A stretch of 45,327 nucleotides of DNA. Source: Moniliella sp. 'wahieum' (taxonomy: Eukaryota). Position 1 is the first letter of the stretch, and each line of letters starts with the position of its first letter. The translations under genes and the position numbers were made by a program. Below the pieces are notes generated by a model that saw only the letters and a program-made list of their open reading frames with translations, had not been told where the DNA came from and made no database searches. The DNA lies in NCBI GenBank assembly GCA_003971905.1, contig RSEE01000087.1, forward strand, positions 248,001 to 293,327. Direction: 5' to 3'. Shown here one piece after another: positions 1 to 11,952 of the stretch.

Positions 1-70
1 CCGAGCCGGCCCCGTCGGGCCCAGCACACACACAGCCGCGCGGCGCGTCCATCGCCACGGCGGGCGAGCG

Positions 71-492
71 CTACGAGTCGACGTCGACGCCTCGTTGGCG
101 GAGGTAGTCCTTGGCCTCTTTGATTTCCTGCACAACGGGGCTGCCCGTGTTAGCCCAGCACCGCACACCGCCAGCACCGCCGCTGCCGCCGCCAACGACG
201 CGACTGGGGACGGGGGAGGGAGCCAGCGGACAAAGGAGAGCAAGAGCAAGCAACGTACGACCAGCAGTTCTTCGTATGCCTTGGGCGTGTCGTTGAAGTA
301 GTACAGGCCCTTGCCCAGCTCGTACATCAGGTGGCAGCCCACCGCAATCAGCGCCCACCACGGCAGCGCGGCCAGCACAGCGTCCGCCGTGGCCTGCGGC
401 ACGAGCGGGACGGGGAGGAGGTGGAGCCAGAAGACGAGGTATGCGCTGGCGACGAGCGCCAGCTTGGTGGCAAAGCGGGTGGCGCGGGTCAT
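71..492 (-). CDS. DPM3: Dolichol-phosphate mannosyltransferase subunit 3 (2 exons: 492-259, 127-71; 96 aa)
   Basis: Manual translation MTRATRFATKLALVASAYLVFWLHLLPVPLVPQATADAVLAALPWWALIAVGCHLMYELGKGLYYFNDTPKAYEELLV|EIKEAKDYLRQRGVDVDS*. It has two TM segments and the DPM3-type FND.P.AYEEL..EI.EAK..L...GVDVD tail. Intron 258-128 has GTACGT, a GCTAAC branch site and CAG, and splices in frame. Confidence 0.92.
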
Positions 493-697
493 GGCGGGCA
501 GGAAAGGGCAGGGCAGCGAGAGGCAGCGCCGATGGTTAGATGGTCGTCGTCTCCGCCCAGACAGACCCCCGTCGCCCACCACCACCCCAGCGTCTGACGT
601 AAGCGCTGCCACGTCTGTCACCCCATGCGCACCACCCCCACGCCATGCGCACCACCGTCCCCACCACCACCAGCTGAATGCATTCGTTTCCCGCCCC

Positions 698-3600
698 TCA
701 TCGCCCCGGCGGCACCATGTCCTCCACCGCATACGGAGCCAGCATCGAGATGAGCGTCGCCCAATCCTCCCGCGATCCATCCCCATCCCATTCGCCGCGC
801 CGGGCCCTACGTCAGCCCCTGGCGGCGCCGGCCACAGCCCATCGGGCTCAAATGCCGCCACACCGGCCCCCAGCGACGACGATGGCGAGAACGTGGGCTG
901 GATGGGCGGGATGGGGCCTGGCGCAGACGCAGATGCAGGCCTAGGCTTGGGCACCGACCCCGACGCAGAGGCCGAGGCAGAAGCAGGAACGGGAGCAGGC
1001 ACAGGAACGGGGGCAGGCACAGGCACCGGCACCGGCACAGGGGCAAAGGCACTTTCCATCCAAGCCCCTGGCCAATTGCTCGTAGGCGCATCCAAATGCT
1101 CGTTCATCCCGCTCAAGATGGGCGCCGCCAAGGCATTGTAGATGTGTTGGGGGTTGAGTTTGCGTGGCGAGGCGGCGGTCAGGTTGGAGGGCAAGGTAGA
1201 TGTAGGCGACAGCGTCACTTCCATCCCCATGGGCGCAGGGGGACAGGCGCAGGGGGACCGCCCCAAGAAGAAGGCAGCGCACTCGCTCGGCTGCCCCGTC
1301 GGTTGCCTGGCGGTTCGGGCCCCGGCCCCGCCGCTGGGCCGGGAGCAGGCGCAATCAAGGTGCGGTCCATGTGCGACGCAGCTCGGGCTCGGGCCGCCCT
1401 GACGTCCGGTCCGGGCCACAGGGACGGATCGGGATCGGGATCGGGATCGGGACCGGGATCAGGATCGGGGTCGGAGGCCGCGGCGCCGTTGGGGTGCGCG
1501 CCGAACCGAAGCGGGTTGTTGAGCTCGGCCCAACCGAGGCGGGACAGAACGGGCGCGGACGGTCCCATGGCCACTGGGAGCGGTAACCGTCCCGTCGTCG
1601 CATCGGAGCCGCGAGCGGGAGCTAGCAGGTCCCTTGCAGTGGGACCAGCCTCTTCGGACACCGGTGGTACCGCCTCAAAACGCGCGCCCAACCCCCCTTT
1701 CGCCCGCGAGTCTGCCAGAGACGGCGACGAGGACGGATGCGCGGTACGCGTATCGCTGTAGGGTAGTCGCGGCCATAGTCGGCAGGCACCGGCGCGGGTG
1801 CTGGCACCGACGTTGGTACCGACGTTGGTGCCGACGTCGGGGCCGATGGCATGCTAGATCCGCCCTCCGAGGCCCGATGGCCCATGGCGGGGACCGAGGG
1901 CATGGGGGGCACGAATTGCGCGTCGGCCATTTCCTTGACTTTGATGAACATCTCTACGATGCGGATTTCGCGATCGACCACGCGACCGGCGCCGGCGATG
2001 TGGTCCTGGGCCTGGGCGCGCGCAGCGGCAACAAATTCGTGCAGGTAGCCAAGGTACTGGCTCGCATGCCGGCCACGCGGATCTTGCACCAACGCCAAGC
2101 CAAACACCGTCGTCGCATTAAAGTGCCGGAACAGGCCGGCGAGGAAGTTGGTCCGGGGCAGGTCGGGGGTCCAGTGCGACTCTTGCGCAAACACCATCCG
2201 CGCTGGACGACGCAATATCCAACCAAACCAACCAAACCAACAAACCGACACAGAAAGAACAAACAATGTAAACCAAACCAAACGACACGACACGAGTCAG
2301 CAACACTCTGGTAGAAAGACCAACAAGGAGGGAAGGGGGGGAGGGGGGGAGGAGGCGTACCGCGCCGATCCCATAGTGCCGAGTCGATGGCCGCTGTGCG
2401 GGAGCGGCTGAAGAGCGGGCTGTCGCGGAGGATGTAAGGCTGGTGGAGGGAGATGCGGACAAAGGCGAATTCCATGTTGAGCAAGTAGCGGTGGCAAGCC
2501 AGTGTGTTGAGGTTGGTGTAGGTCAAGCGGGAACAAATTTCTTGTGCTTCGGGTCAGGGTGCGCGCCCAACGCAGGCGCCGTCGTGGCCTCCTCCTTGAG
2601 CTGGGCCATCAACCGCGGACCAAAGTCCAGCGTATACACCAGCGGCAGCGAATCTTGGAACTGCACCAGCTCCGAGTCCAGCATGCACACTTGATCGTAC
2701 GACCGAGGCGTGTGAAAGTCATGAAAGTGAGCCAGCACCTTGCCCGTCAACAGGGCGAATTTTTGCCGCAGCGCCAAAAACGTCGCCACGCCGTAGCGCG
2801 CCGTCGGGCTCCAGGGGTTGCTTATCCGCAGCAACTCGTGGCGTTGGTGGGACCCGTGGCTCCTCTCCGTCCCAGCTGGCGAGGGGGCCGTGTCGCTGGA
2901 TGAAGCCGAAGCCAGCTCCGAGGGGAGAGCAGTGTCCATATACGCCGTATTGACCGTCGGAGGCCGGCCCATCAACACCCCATTGGTCCGGTCCATGTAA
3001 AACAGATGGCTCCAGATTCTTCGTCGCTGCTCCGTCTCGATAGCGTCGAGCTTCAGACGGGTTCCATCAATGTTGAGCTTGTTCATGTACGCCGTGCGGA
3101 TGGCCGAGCCAAGGTAGAACCACGATAGGTCCGCCTGGCGCCCAATCACATACCATCGCGACAGCAGCAGCCAGACTGCACCACGTTCAGGTCCGGTCGG
3201 TCCACCGCGAGCAGCAGGCGGATGATGGCACGGCACGAGGCGGCCAAATTGGAGGAACGAGCGGCGCCTTCCTGTTCCGTGCCCATGGACGGAGGCAGAC
3301 ATCGGTATACAAACGTGAGCACAATCAGCAGAAGCGACAAGGACGAAAGTTGAGGGATCAAGTCTTCTGTAGCCGGTCGTTTGCGTACGAAGCCTTCTGC
3401 TGCAGCCACGCCCAGAGCGCTGGCCGGCGAAGAAGTTTCCCATACCACAGGCGCAAGTCGTTGGAAGCACCGGCGGAAACTTGCCTCGTCGATGGGAAAG
3501 ACCGTGTTGTTGATGTGGTCAAAATACAATGTGATCAGATGGTTGGTTTCCCCCAACGAAGGCAGCTGCCCCAGCACACGCATCAGCTCCGCCGAGCTGT

Positions 3601-4406
3601 ATTGACCATGTTGGAGCATATTGTTGTAGTTGACAATACAGGAAGAGTGTGACATGTTGACGCCAAACTTCCAGCTGCGGCCTTGCGCTTGGGTCTCGAT
3701 CGCTCGGGACGTGGCAGAGGATACCCCCTCGACCAGCGGCATGTCGTCGGGGGAGGCGGGCGATGCCGAGGAGGAAGAGGCAAAAGGTTCTGTCCCGCGT
3801 GCGGTAGGTCGGGACACTGGTTCCGAGACGAGGGAGGCGGAGGCGGGTTGCCAGGGGCTGCCGGCCACGGGGTCGCCCGAGGGAACAACCGAGGGCGCTT
3901 GGGTCGGCGGAGGACTGTCGCGATTGCGCTTGCGGCGGCGCTTGCCAGGAGGCGGGTTATGAGAGCGGTCGAGGATGCGGGAAATAAGACCTTCAAGCCG
4001 CTTGGCATGTTCGTAAATGTCCACATCAAAGTCCTCGCACGGGCGGCAGGCGTCGGGGATGCCGCGCTCGACGCAGGACGAACACGGCATCTGCCGGTCA
4101 CATTTGGCGCGGCGGCGGTGGCACTCGGAGCAGCTGTAGCGCACACGCTTGCGGCGGCGGCGTTGGCCAATGAGTCCAAGCGCCTCGTCGACCAGGTCGT
4201 CGTCCAGCTCCAGCTCCACGCCGCCGCCGACCGAGGCCTTCATCTTTTTGCGGGGGGCAGGGTCGGAGCGGCGGGGGCTGGGCGCGCAGCAGGCGCCGTG
4301 GCGGGGGCGGGGAGGCGGAGGTGGAGCCCCGGGTGCTCGAGGCCGGAGGAGGGGCAGGCTGGGCACGCGCCGGGGCGGAGGCGCTGTTGGCAGAGGCGCG
4401 CACCAT
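698..4406 (-). CDS. Zn(II)2Cys6 fungal transcription factor with fungal-specific TF (middle homology) domain; frameshifted in this assembly
   Basis: Binuclear cluster SCSECHRRRAKCDRQMPCSSCVERGIPDAC. MHR motifs LITLYFDHIN and SWFYLGSAIRTAY..LNIDG..ETEQRRRIWSHLFYMDR..LMGRPP, then RISLHQPY. In-frame intron 2360-2203 (GTACGC..CTGAC..CAG). The low-complexity C-terminus ends ..DWATLISMLAPYAVEDMVPPGR* at 698. The start at ATG 4406 is inferred. Confidence 0.88.
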
Positions 4407-4618
4407 GATGGTGGTGGGGTGGGGGGGGGGGCGGGGTTAATGCGGCGCGGCGGTACTCCGCCTGTCCTGGGCCCAACACACTCTCCATCACAGGAACATC
4501 ACAGTGTGATGTGGCCCAAGGCGGTGTCTGTGCGTGGGAGTGCAGTGTGCTCACGCAGGCCAACGTCTAACCCTACCCCTGCGGAGCCGACCAGCCACCG
4601 GCCATCGGCTGCCGCTGC

Positions 4619-4654
4619 TACCGGTCACCGGTCACTGGCCACTGGTCACGCGTT
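4619..4654. promoter_or_regulatory. 7-bp-periodic TCA-NNNN array upstream of the Zn2Cys6 gene
   Basis: TCA CCGG TCA CTGG CCA CTGG TCA CGCG. The 20-mer GGTCACTGGCCACTGGTCAC (4630-4649) recurs exactly as its reverse complement at 22828-22847. The regulatory role is inferred. Confidence 0.45.
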
Positions 4655-5999
4655 CCTCGTCACTGGCTCTGGGCTACAGCACAGCCGCACCATCAGTCTG
4701 CCCACTCCAGCCTGCTCCATCCGCTTCAGACCCATTCCATCCTCAGCGCCTCAGCAACCTCAAACAGAGAGTTCCCTGTGGGAACCCCCGCAGAGAGGAT
4801 CCGCTCTCGGTAATGGCAGTTGATTTGTATTGTATCACCGCAGGGGACATTCCTGTCCCCCAGGAAGGAACATTCTCAGAAGGAATGCACCTCAAGGAAC
4901 CCCCCCAGGCTTGCCATGAAGGGCTGCTGGTGCCACTACGCCCGGGTGTGGTGGTACCAGATTTCCTTGAGCTAGCTACTCATGTACAGCCTTTTAGAGG
5001 ATAGTGTCTCCTGTGATGATGTTACCGGTTCCCGCCCGTTGCCTTTTCGCCTCAACATCACATGTGGAAGCGAACAAGTTGGGCGAAATAAAAATGGGGT
5101 TATCACGGGCCTAGTAATAGCTAGCGATGTGGGAGATGGACAATGCAGATGGTATTCCAGAACGACGAATAAGGAGAACTAACGTGGGGGACCCGCGGTC
5201 CAGTACATAGGCTAAGGCGCCTTATCACCCTTTGCCTCTCTTATTTGACTTCCGAAGCCTCCACGTGTATCCTCAGGCTTGTTGGAACCCCTGTCTCCTC
5301 TAGGTGGCCTAAGGCTTAGACCTTAACCCTTACCCACCACCATCGCGATTGCGTTGCTCTTGATCACCAGAGGTTCATAGCCCAAAACCCCTTGGGTTCT
5401 GCCGGTCTTACAACTAGAAAAATGGACTGTGATAGGCACCCGGCTCAGAGGCCAGTCGAAGCTCGTGGAATGTCCGGGACGCGCGGCCCCACCGATGCAC
5501 TGTGTGTATCGCGCCAGTGCGTGTCACTGAAGGCCGATGGGCTCTGGACAACTGGCGGTCACCAGGGGATCCAAAGGCATACCCGATCACAGCAGCGCCC
5601 AATCCTGGAGATTTGACGGTACCATTTCCTCGCATCTATATCCGCCCCTACATCACCGCATGCAAGAGGCAATGTGAGTATCCAACAGTCAATCACGATG
5701 AGAAGGTAGAAGATCATTAGGTTGACATTGTCCGGTACGGCGTCTAAACTGTCGCGAAAGCAAAAACGGAACGAAAAGCGACTCAAAACCACTCCGAACC
5801 AACAGATGAATGAATCCAACCGAGGTTCCAAGATGATCAGTCATGTAATAGGGAATGGGAACGGGGGGGCATAGCCCGCAGGCAGCCATCCGTCCAGATC
5901 ACATACCCCACAACCGTGTAAGGAGCAAGCGGGGTGGGATCTGTTGAGAATCATTAATCACAACAAAAAACGGCTACAGCTCAACCCATATTGGGGAGC

Positions 6000-6343
6000 T
6001 TAGTGCCTGCGTTCGGCAGCCTTGATCCGCTCTTGCAGCGTAGTGGAGCGGTACATCTCGCTGGCCGATTGCTTGCTGTTGCCAGTTTGGGTGCGCTGCT
6101 GGGCCTCCCCCTCAGGCACTCGGAACGGCGTGGTGTGTGCGCCATCGTACGACGAGTGGGTGCGGGTCAACGGTTGGGCCGACGACGAGGTCTTCTTGGG
6201 ACGCAGGAGCGACGTGAACGAGAATCCCTTCTGTTGAAGCGAGGCATGTGGGGGTCAGTACTCAGTAAGCATGCGGGCAGAAAGGTGCGGTGACGGGTTG
6301 GGGGATAAGAGCGAAGAAGGCAAAAGAGACAAGAACGCACCAT
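6000..6343 (-). CDS. Small spliced hypothetical protein (77 aa); the first coding exon is only the ATG
   Basis: ATG at 6343-6341 is followed immediately by intron 6340-6231 (GTGCGT..TACTGAC..CAG). Exon 6230-6000 is 231 nt, open, and ends in TAA: M|KGFSFTSLLRPKKTSSSAQPLTRTHSSYDGAHTTPFRVPEGEAQQRTQTGNSKQSASEMYRSTTLQERIKAAERRH*. A TATA box lies upstream. Confidence 0.7.
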
Positions 6344-6470
6344 GATAGAAAATGGTAAACTGTTGTGGGTAGGGCAACAAGGTAGGACGGGTGTTGGTGT
6401 TTGTGTAGCGCTGATAGTGCGGTGGTGGATGGGGATGAGGATGAGGCAGGGGGCGGACAGGGGGGGGGGG

Positions 6471-6480
6471 TTATATATAG
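6471..6480 (-). promoter_or_regulatory. TATA box of the 77-aa gene
   Basis: CTATATATAA on the minus strand, about 130 bp upstream of the ATG at 6343, flanked by pyrimidine-rich sequence. Confidence 0.6.
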
Positions 6481-9400
6481 CAACAGAGGAGGGGGGCGGG
6501 GCATGGTCGGATGGGTCGCACAGACCGTCTTGCTGGGGTGCCAGCCCAGCCAAGCAGGTGACTCACTCCCTAGTGACGCTGTCACACGGTGTGCGCTGGA
6601 TCCCTGTGCTGGGTGGTGTAGTGCGTAGGGCGTCGACACCCTTTGCCGCGTCGGGCGTCTACGCGTCTGTCTACCTGCGCTACCCCAGAGGGAAGTCACG
6701 CCACCTCGTCCGGGCGGCTGAGCAGTGTCCGCCTCACGCCATTGCCGGCGAGTACGGGGGGACTGTCCGACATACGTCCGCGCGGGCCCAGTGCCTAGCG
6801 CTGCCTGCCCCTGCCTGCCCCCACACTTTCAGGCCACCTGTTTCAGGCGCTCCACGGGCGCAGCCGGTGCGCAGCAGCAGCAGAACGCAGCAGAACACCG
6901 CAGAACACCCCCAACACCGGCCAGCGCACCAGGCCACAGTACGCCACACCTCACGTCGCAGCACTGGGGCGCAGTCACTCCATGTCACATGTCACATGTA
7001 TTACATGCCCTCCCCGATCTCACACGTCACATGTCACATCCCACCTCTTACACATCACATTGGCACTGCCCGGGCTCTTTCTCGCCCGCGTTCCATGTCA
7101 CACGCTCACATCGCCATTACCTCGGCTTGGCCGCCAAGCTGCCTAGACACCGCCAAGTCACTTGTCAAACGCCGCCAAGCCAGACGTCGAGGCTGAGCTT
7201 GGCCATAAACTCTACGGTGGGACGCGCATGTCCGCGGCCCAGCGGAGCGAACAGATCCCGGCGGGCTGGCTCGCTCTCAGCGCCATCTCGTGCAAAAGAA
7301 CATCTCTTCTGTACAGTATACGCTACAGAGGAACATTAAACAGTCATCCCAGTCACTCGAGACCTGGTTGCAGAACAGGGACGGCCGAAGCGAAAAAACT
7401 GCGGATCTCCTAGGTCGAAGCAGGGGAAAAAGCAACTTGTGTCAGTGGGCTGAACGCACGAGCCACCTGTGGTGACTCAGTATCCCAGCCTCCCACGTCC
7501 AATTCACAGCAGTGAGGGTAGAAAAAGGCCGCCGCGGAACGAGGGTTATCCACAGGGAGTTTGCTGCGCACTGCGCAGTTCTACGCATGTGGTTGTGGGT
7601 AACCACTGCCGCGTTCAGGCAGACCTCCCTGCTCCACCCTCGCGACAGTCACTACCCCTCCCAACGGGCAACACGTTCCGCGGAGGAGACAGACCCACGG
7701 GACGGGCATCTTCCTGGGGAGGATCCACCCGGGGAACAAGTGTTGCCGGTACGATGACCGCGCGGCTTCGAAAGGAGAAAGGAGAAACTGACGGCATGCA
7801 ACGAACCATAGAGTAGTGATTTGCCATACAAAGCGTCAAGAGTTCCCCGTAATATGTTTTGCCGCCATGGGAGACCAACATGCCGCTTTCCTCTAACACT
7901 TGAATTACCACCGCCCCACGGAAAATGGTGGTGCACAGAGGAAGGAGAGCCTCGAGTTGGTTTTATGAACCAGCTGACGACGGTGCTCGATAAGCTTGGT
8001 ATTTTCCCGTTCTTGCGTCCAGCAATCGCACGAAACACGTCTCAAGTCATCCCCACCCCTCGCGATCCCGTCCTAATCTCACGCCCGATTGCGTCACCAC
8101 TGGCTCCCATCGTGGAAACAATTTCGTGCGCAACCTCAAAAGTTCTCCTCCCATCGATCCTGCAATCATGACCACGCATACTGCGATCAGTTGCTGCATA
8201 TCTGTGGATCGTCTCCTGCACCGGTGGGCTGCTAACGTGATGGCGTATCAGCTGCTATATGGCGGTTCTGGAGAAATCCATATCCAGTTATATAGGCCAG
8301 ACGTCCCCCCTCTTGCCCCATCTAACTTCATCCGGGTATCTGTGGATGAAGGTGTGCACTCATACTTTCACACCTTGGCTGACGGAGGAATGCGTGGGAG
8401 CCACAGCTTCATGGATATACCATTCGAGTCTATGGTCGAGATATTGGACCTCGCGCTCAAACGGCTTTGTTCCACAGTGACTCGGTGACGCAGACAGGGA
8501 TCTCGAGATATAGTGTCCCTGTCACGACCATGACCACGACTTTGGCCAAAGACGTGGAGTTCGATGCCGGATAGCATGTCTGGTAATTCGCCAGCGTGTT
8601 TGTGCTATGGACTGGGCCATTGAAGGGGCAGAGTAAGTTGTTCAACATGGTTCTGCCGGTACGCACAACAAGAAACCTCCGGCCTAGACAGCCAGCTCTT
8701 TTCGAACCCCTTTACGTCTGACTCCACCGTACAATCCACACGACTCGTTCCATGACAGTGAGACGTAGAGTCTCGGGCATCGTCCCATTTTGCTCTCTTC
8801 CAGGAACGCTTCCGTCACATGAGAGTCCGTTGGAGAACACATTGGTTGAATTGAAGTGCGACTACACAGACTCTTGGGAGGATCGATGGATCGCGGGGTA
8901 CTCGCTTAATATCTGGTTCACCGGCCATTGTCATGATCTTCTGGTTGAGTGATTAGAATGGGATCGAGATATATACTTTGTCGGTGGTACTGGAACTCGC
9001 GAAAACGGCTGTCGCCTTTGTGGCATATATACTAGGTGTCCGGTGCCCGTCAAGAACATGATATCGAAGATTGAGTTTGGTGTTAGTTGGCCGAGCTGAT
9101 CCTTGGAGGTGTGCAGGCGCGAGAAGTACGTTCGAATGGTGAGAGTCCTTTTGTTCGGTTGGAAAAGGAGGGAAGATGGGATTCCATCCAGTCCGGGTTC
9201 GAAAGGTAAGGAGTAGAGTGCGGAATGGCGCTCATATATTGTTGACGACATACGCCCAGCGAAGGGAGAATGGGAATGGGGGGCGTGCTGGGCGATCTGT
9301 CACTCTGATGTTGAGTTCTGGAGATTCTGATGACCCTCTTCGAGGGTGACGCCATCTCACTTATGGTGGTGATGTTGGTGGTCTAAGCCAGCCTACAACA

Positions 9401-10406
9401 GGGATATCAAGCAGCCAGTTGCCACCGGGATTAGCTGCTGCATACAGGAAAGACAGAAGCGAGAGAAGACCCTGGTAGAACTTCTACGCCTGAGAAGGGA
9501 CTGAAGGAACTACCCTGTGGCCAAAAATGCACGAGCCACCAGGTGGCTCACCTCCGGTTCAACATCATAAGAGGCGGGTGAGAACCTCAGGGAAAACAGC
9601 ACAATGCAACGACCATTATGTGTGGTGTTGGTTGAAGCGGCCGGGAGCATCGTACTACACCTGGAAGAGACGGGCGGTCGAACAAGCCGGCGATACTATG
9701 ATACAAAAGAGAGATTATGTGGGTTCGCATATCATTAGGCCCGAGAGGTCACAGCATCCGAACAGGTGGGGGAAGATGTTGGTATATGGAGAAGAGGCGA
9801 GATGCAGCGTAGTGGTCGGGTTAGAGAAGGTGACAAGAAGGAGATTAACCCAAGGGTCCTGCCTGTTGTCTTGTTGGGAAGAGGAGCGGAAGAGGAGGAG
9901 GAAGAGTGCCAGAATGGGACAGACTAAAGAGCGGACAAAATGGAAAATGATTCTAAGGGCCAAGGACCGCGATAGCCGCACACCGAGAGTTGCACTTGTG
10001 GTTCAATGGGTACGGTGGTGTCTGGCAAATCCGCAAGACCAAAGGTACTGGTCCGTCTTGCTGCCACCCATGCCTTTGCGGAAACTGAAATCCGAAGCAC
10101 CCCAAACTCCATTCGGGACCAGCATGACCAAATGCGAGACGGAGGAGAGCAACCGCCACCTCAAAACGATCTGCGCGGGGAAGAACTGAGGCCGCTGCTG
10201 TCCCAACAGGGCGTGTGATACGACCGAGATGCATCGCTGAGAGGTGGATCCCACCCTACTCACCTGTACGTTTTTATAGCGCTACACTCTCGGCGTCTCA
10301 TCCCCTGCTACCACGGATTCTTCTCGTCCAATGGGTCCATATATCCAGTGTATTCCATTACGAGCAAGCAGCCAGCGTCTCTCGGGCCCAGGAGGAACGG
10401 GCGGGG

Positions 10407-11591
10407 TTAGGGCGCCAAGAACTGGGCGCTGGTGTGGGCGCTGTACACCTGACCTTGGCGTAGGAGCGTGTCGGTGCCGGCCTGTTGGGCGAGGTGCGGG
10501 TGAAGAAAGGTGGCGTGGGGGGCACCAAACTCGATCATAGCTGAGCAACGTTGCTGGTTGCCGAGCTGCTGCCACCGGGCCCGGTCAGCACCATGGTCGA
10601 GCGCTTGCATTCGTGCGCCGCCCGTTTGGCTCGCCGGCGCCGGGTAGGCCGGTTGACCATTGGTCGTGTACAGTTGCGCTCCTACTTGGTCCGACCGCAG
10701 CACCACCTCCATCCCCGTCGAGGCAGCGGCCAAGCGCACGAGCCCAGCCTGCTCCGGCCCCCAAAAGTAGTAGTGGTCGTACCCGCCCGCAGGCATCTTG
10801 TCCCCCAGCGTCTTGCCCTTGGTAAAGTCGTGTGCGTCGCCGCTCGCAATGGGCAGCAGCTCGCCGGTCGGCAAACCCTGCGCGTCCGTCTCGAGCAACG
10901 TACTAGGCGGGAGCGTCAACGTGTGCGCATCAATTTGTCCGTGCTCCTCCAGCGCCGCAGGCAGCGACGAGCCGGCGGTGAGATTGAACCCCCAGTGGTG
11001 AGTGAGGTTGAGTGGCGTGACAGGGGTTGCATCTAGGATCTTGGCGCGGTAGAGCAGATGCACAGCGCCCTTGTCCTTGGGGTCAGTCGCGGTGGCCGGG
11101 GCCGTAAGGGCGACAAGGACTTCAACGCGAAGGTGGCCGGGGTAGCCTTGGTCGCCGTCGGGCGATTCGAGCGCAAACAGGGCCGAGGCCACCGTGTCGG
11201 CAGGCGCATCGGCAAGGCGGAAGAGGGTGGCGTCAGCGAGCGGGAGATGAGTCCAGATGCACTGGTCAAACGGCCCGTGCTGGAGCAAGCCCGGAGCAAG
11301 ATGGTCCGGAGCGGGACCGCCGTGGTGGGAGATGCCGGGCGCACTGAACTCGAGCAGATGCGCCACCGAGGGCGGCGGACCAAAGGGGACCGCCCCGGCC
11401 GGCAGGCGGTTGGCAAAGCGGCCGACGATGGGTGCGAAAAACGCGCGGTTGGGGGGCCGTGGAGCGCGGGTCCTCGTACGAGGGCAGCACCTCCTGGCCG
11501 GCGACCTGGATGGACTGGATGGTGAGGCCAAAGGGCAGCAGGGCGACCTGGAGCGTGGCGAGGCGAGAAGGATGGGCGTGAAGGCAGACAT
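10407..11591 (-). CDS. Aldose 1-epimerase / galactose mutarotase-like protein
   Basis: Motifs IVGRFANRL, SHHGG, ESPDGDQGYPG, TPLNLTHHWGFNL, GYDHYY and SDQVGAQLYT. The N-terminus (LLPFGLTIQSIQVAGQEVLPSYEDP) lies in a neighbouring frame between compensating indels. Confidence 0.9.
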   Translation of the reverse strand: MSAFTPILLASPRSRSPCCPLASPSSPSRSPARRCCPRTRTRAPRPPNRAFFAPIVGRFANRLPAGAVPFGPPPSVAHLLEFSAPGISHHGGPAPDHLAPGLLQHGPFDQCIWTHLPLADATLFRLADAPADTVASALFALESPDGDQGYPGHLRVEVLVALTAPATATDPKDKGAVHLLYRAKILDATPVTPLNLTHHWGFNLTAGSSLPAALEEHGQIDAHTLTLPPSTLLETDAQGLPTGELLPIASGDAHDFTKGKTLGDKMPAGGYDHYYFWGPEQAGLVRLAAASTGMEVVLRSDQVGAQLYTTNGQPAYPAPASQTGGARMQALDHGADRARWQQLGNQQRCSAMIEFGAPHATFLHPHLAQQAGTDTLLRQGQVYSAHTSAQFLAP

Positions 11592-11952
11592 GGTAGCCGC
11601 GAGGCGTACTGGTAAGGTGGGGGTAGCCGCCCCGACGAAGACACGCGCGTGGCTTTTATTCTGCACGCTCGCTCGGCCGAGTTGCGACAGGCGGTGCACG
11701 ATGCGTCGCCCGCACAGACACACCGGTGCAATTCCGAATACGCACGCCCCCCCCAGCCCGACCTAATGTAACGTAATGCGACTGTGGGGTAATCTGCCCG
11801 GCGCTGTCTTGTGCTCTCTGGTTTCTATAGCAGCGAGGAACTGCCGACCGTCGCCCCCCATCCGGATCATCCAGGAACAGACATGGCTGCGACTGCCATT
11901 CGAGCACCGCCGCTTGCAACACCCGCGCGGCCTCAGGCCTGAGCCTCACGCC

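Noticed and set aside
311..1761. Plus-strand ORFs 311-1141 and 1096-1761
   Set aside because: They are antisense shadows of DPM3 and of the low-complexity C-terminus of the Zn2Cys6 gene in GC-rich DNA.
6342..7339. ORFs 6342-7196 and 6725-7339
   Set aside because: They cross the TATA box and promoter motifs of the minus-strand microprotein gene and have no protein-like composition.
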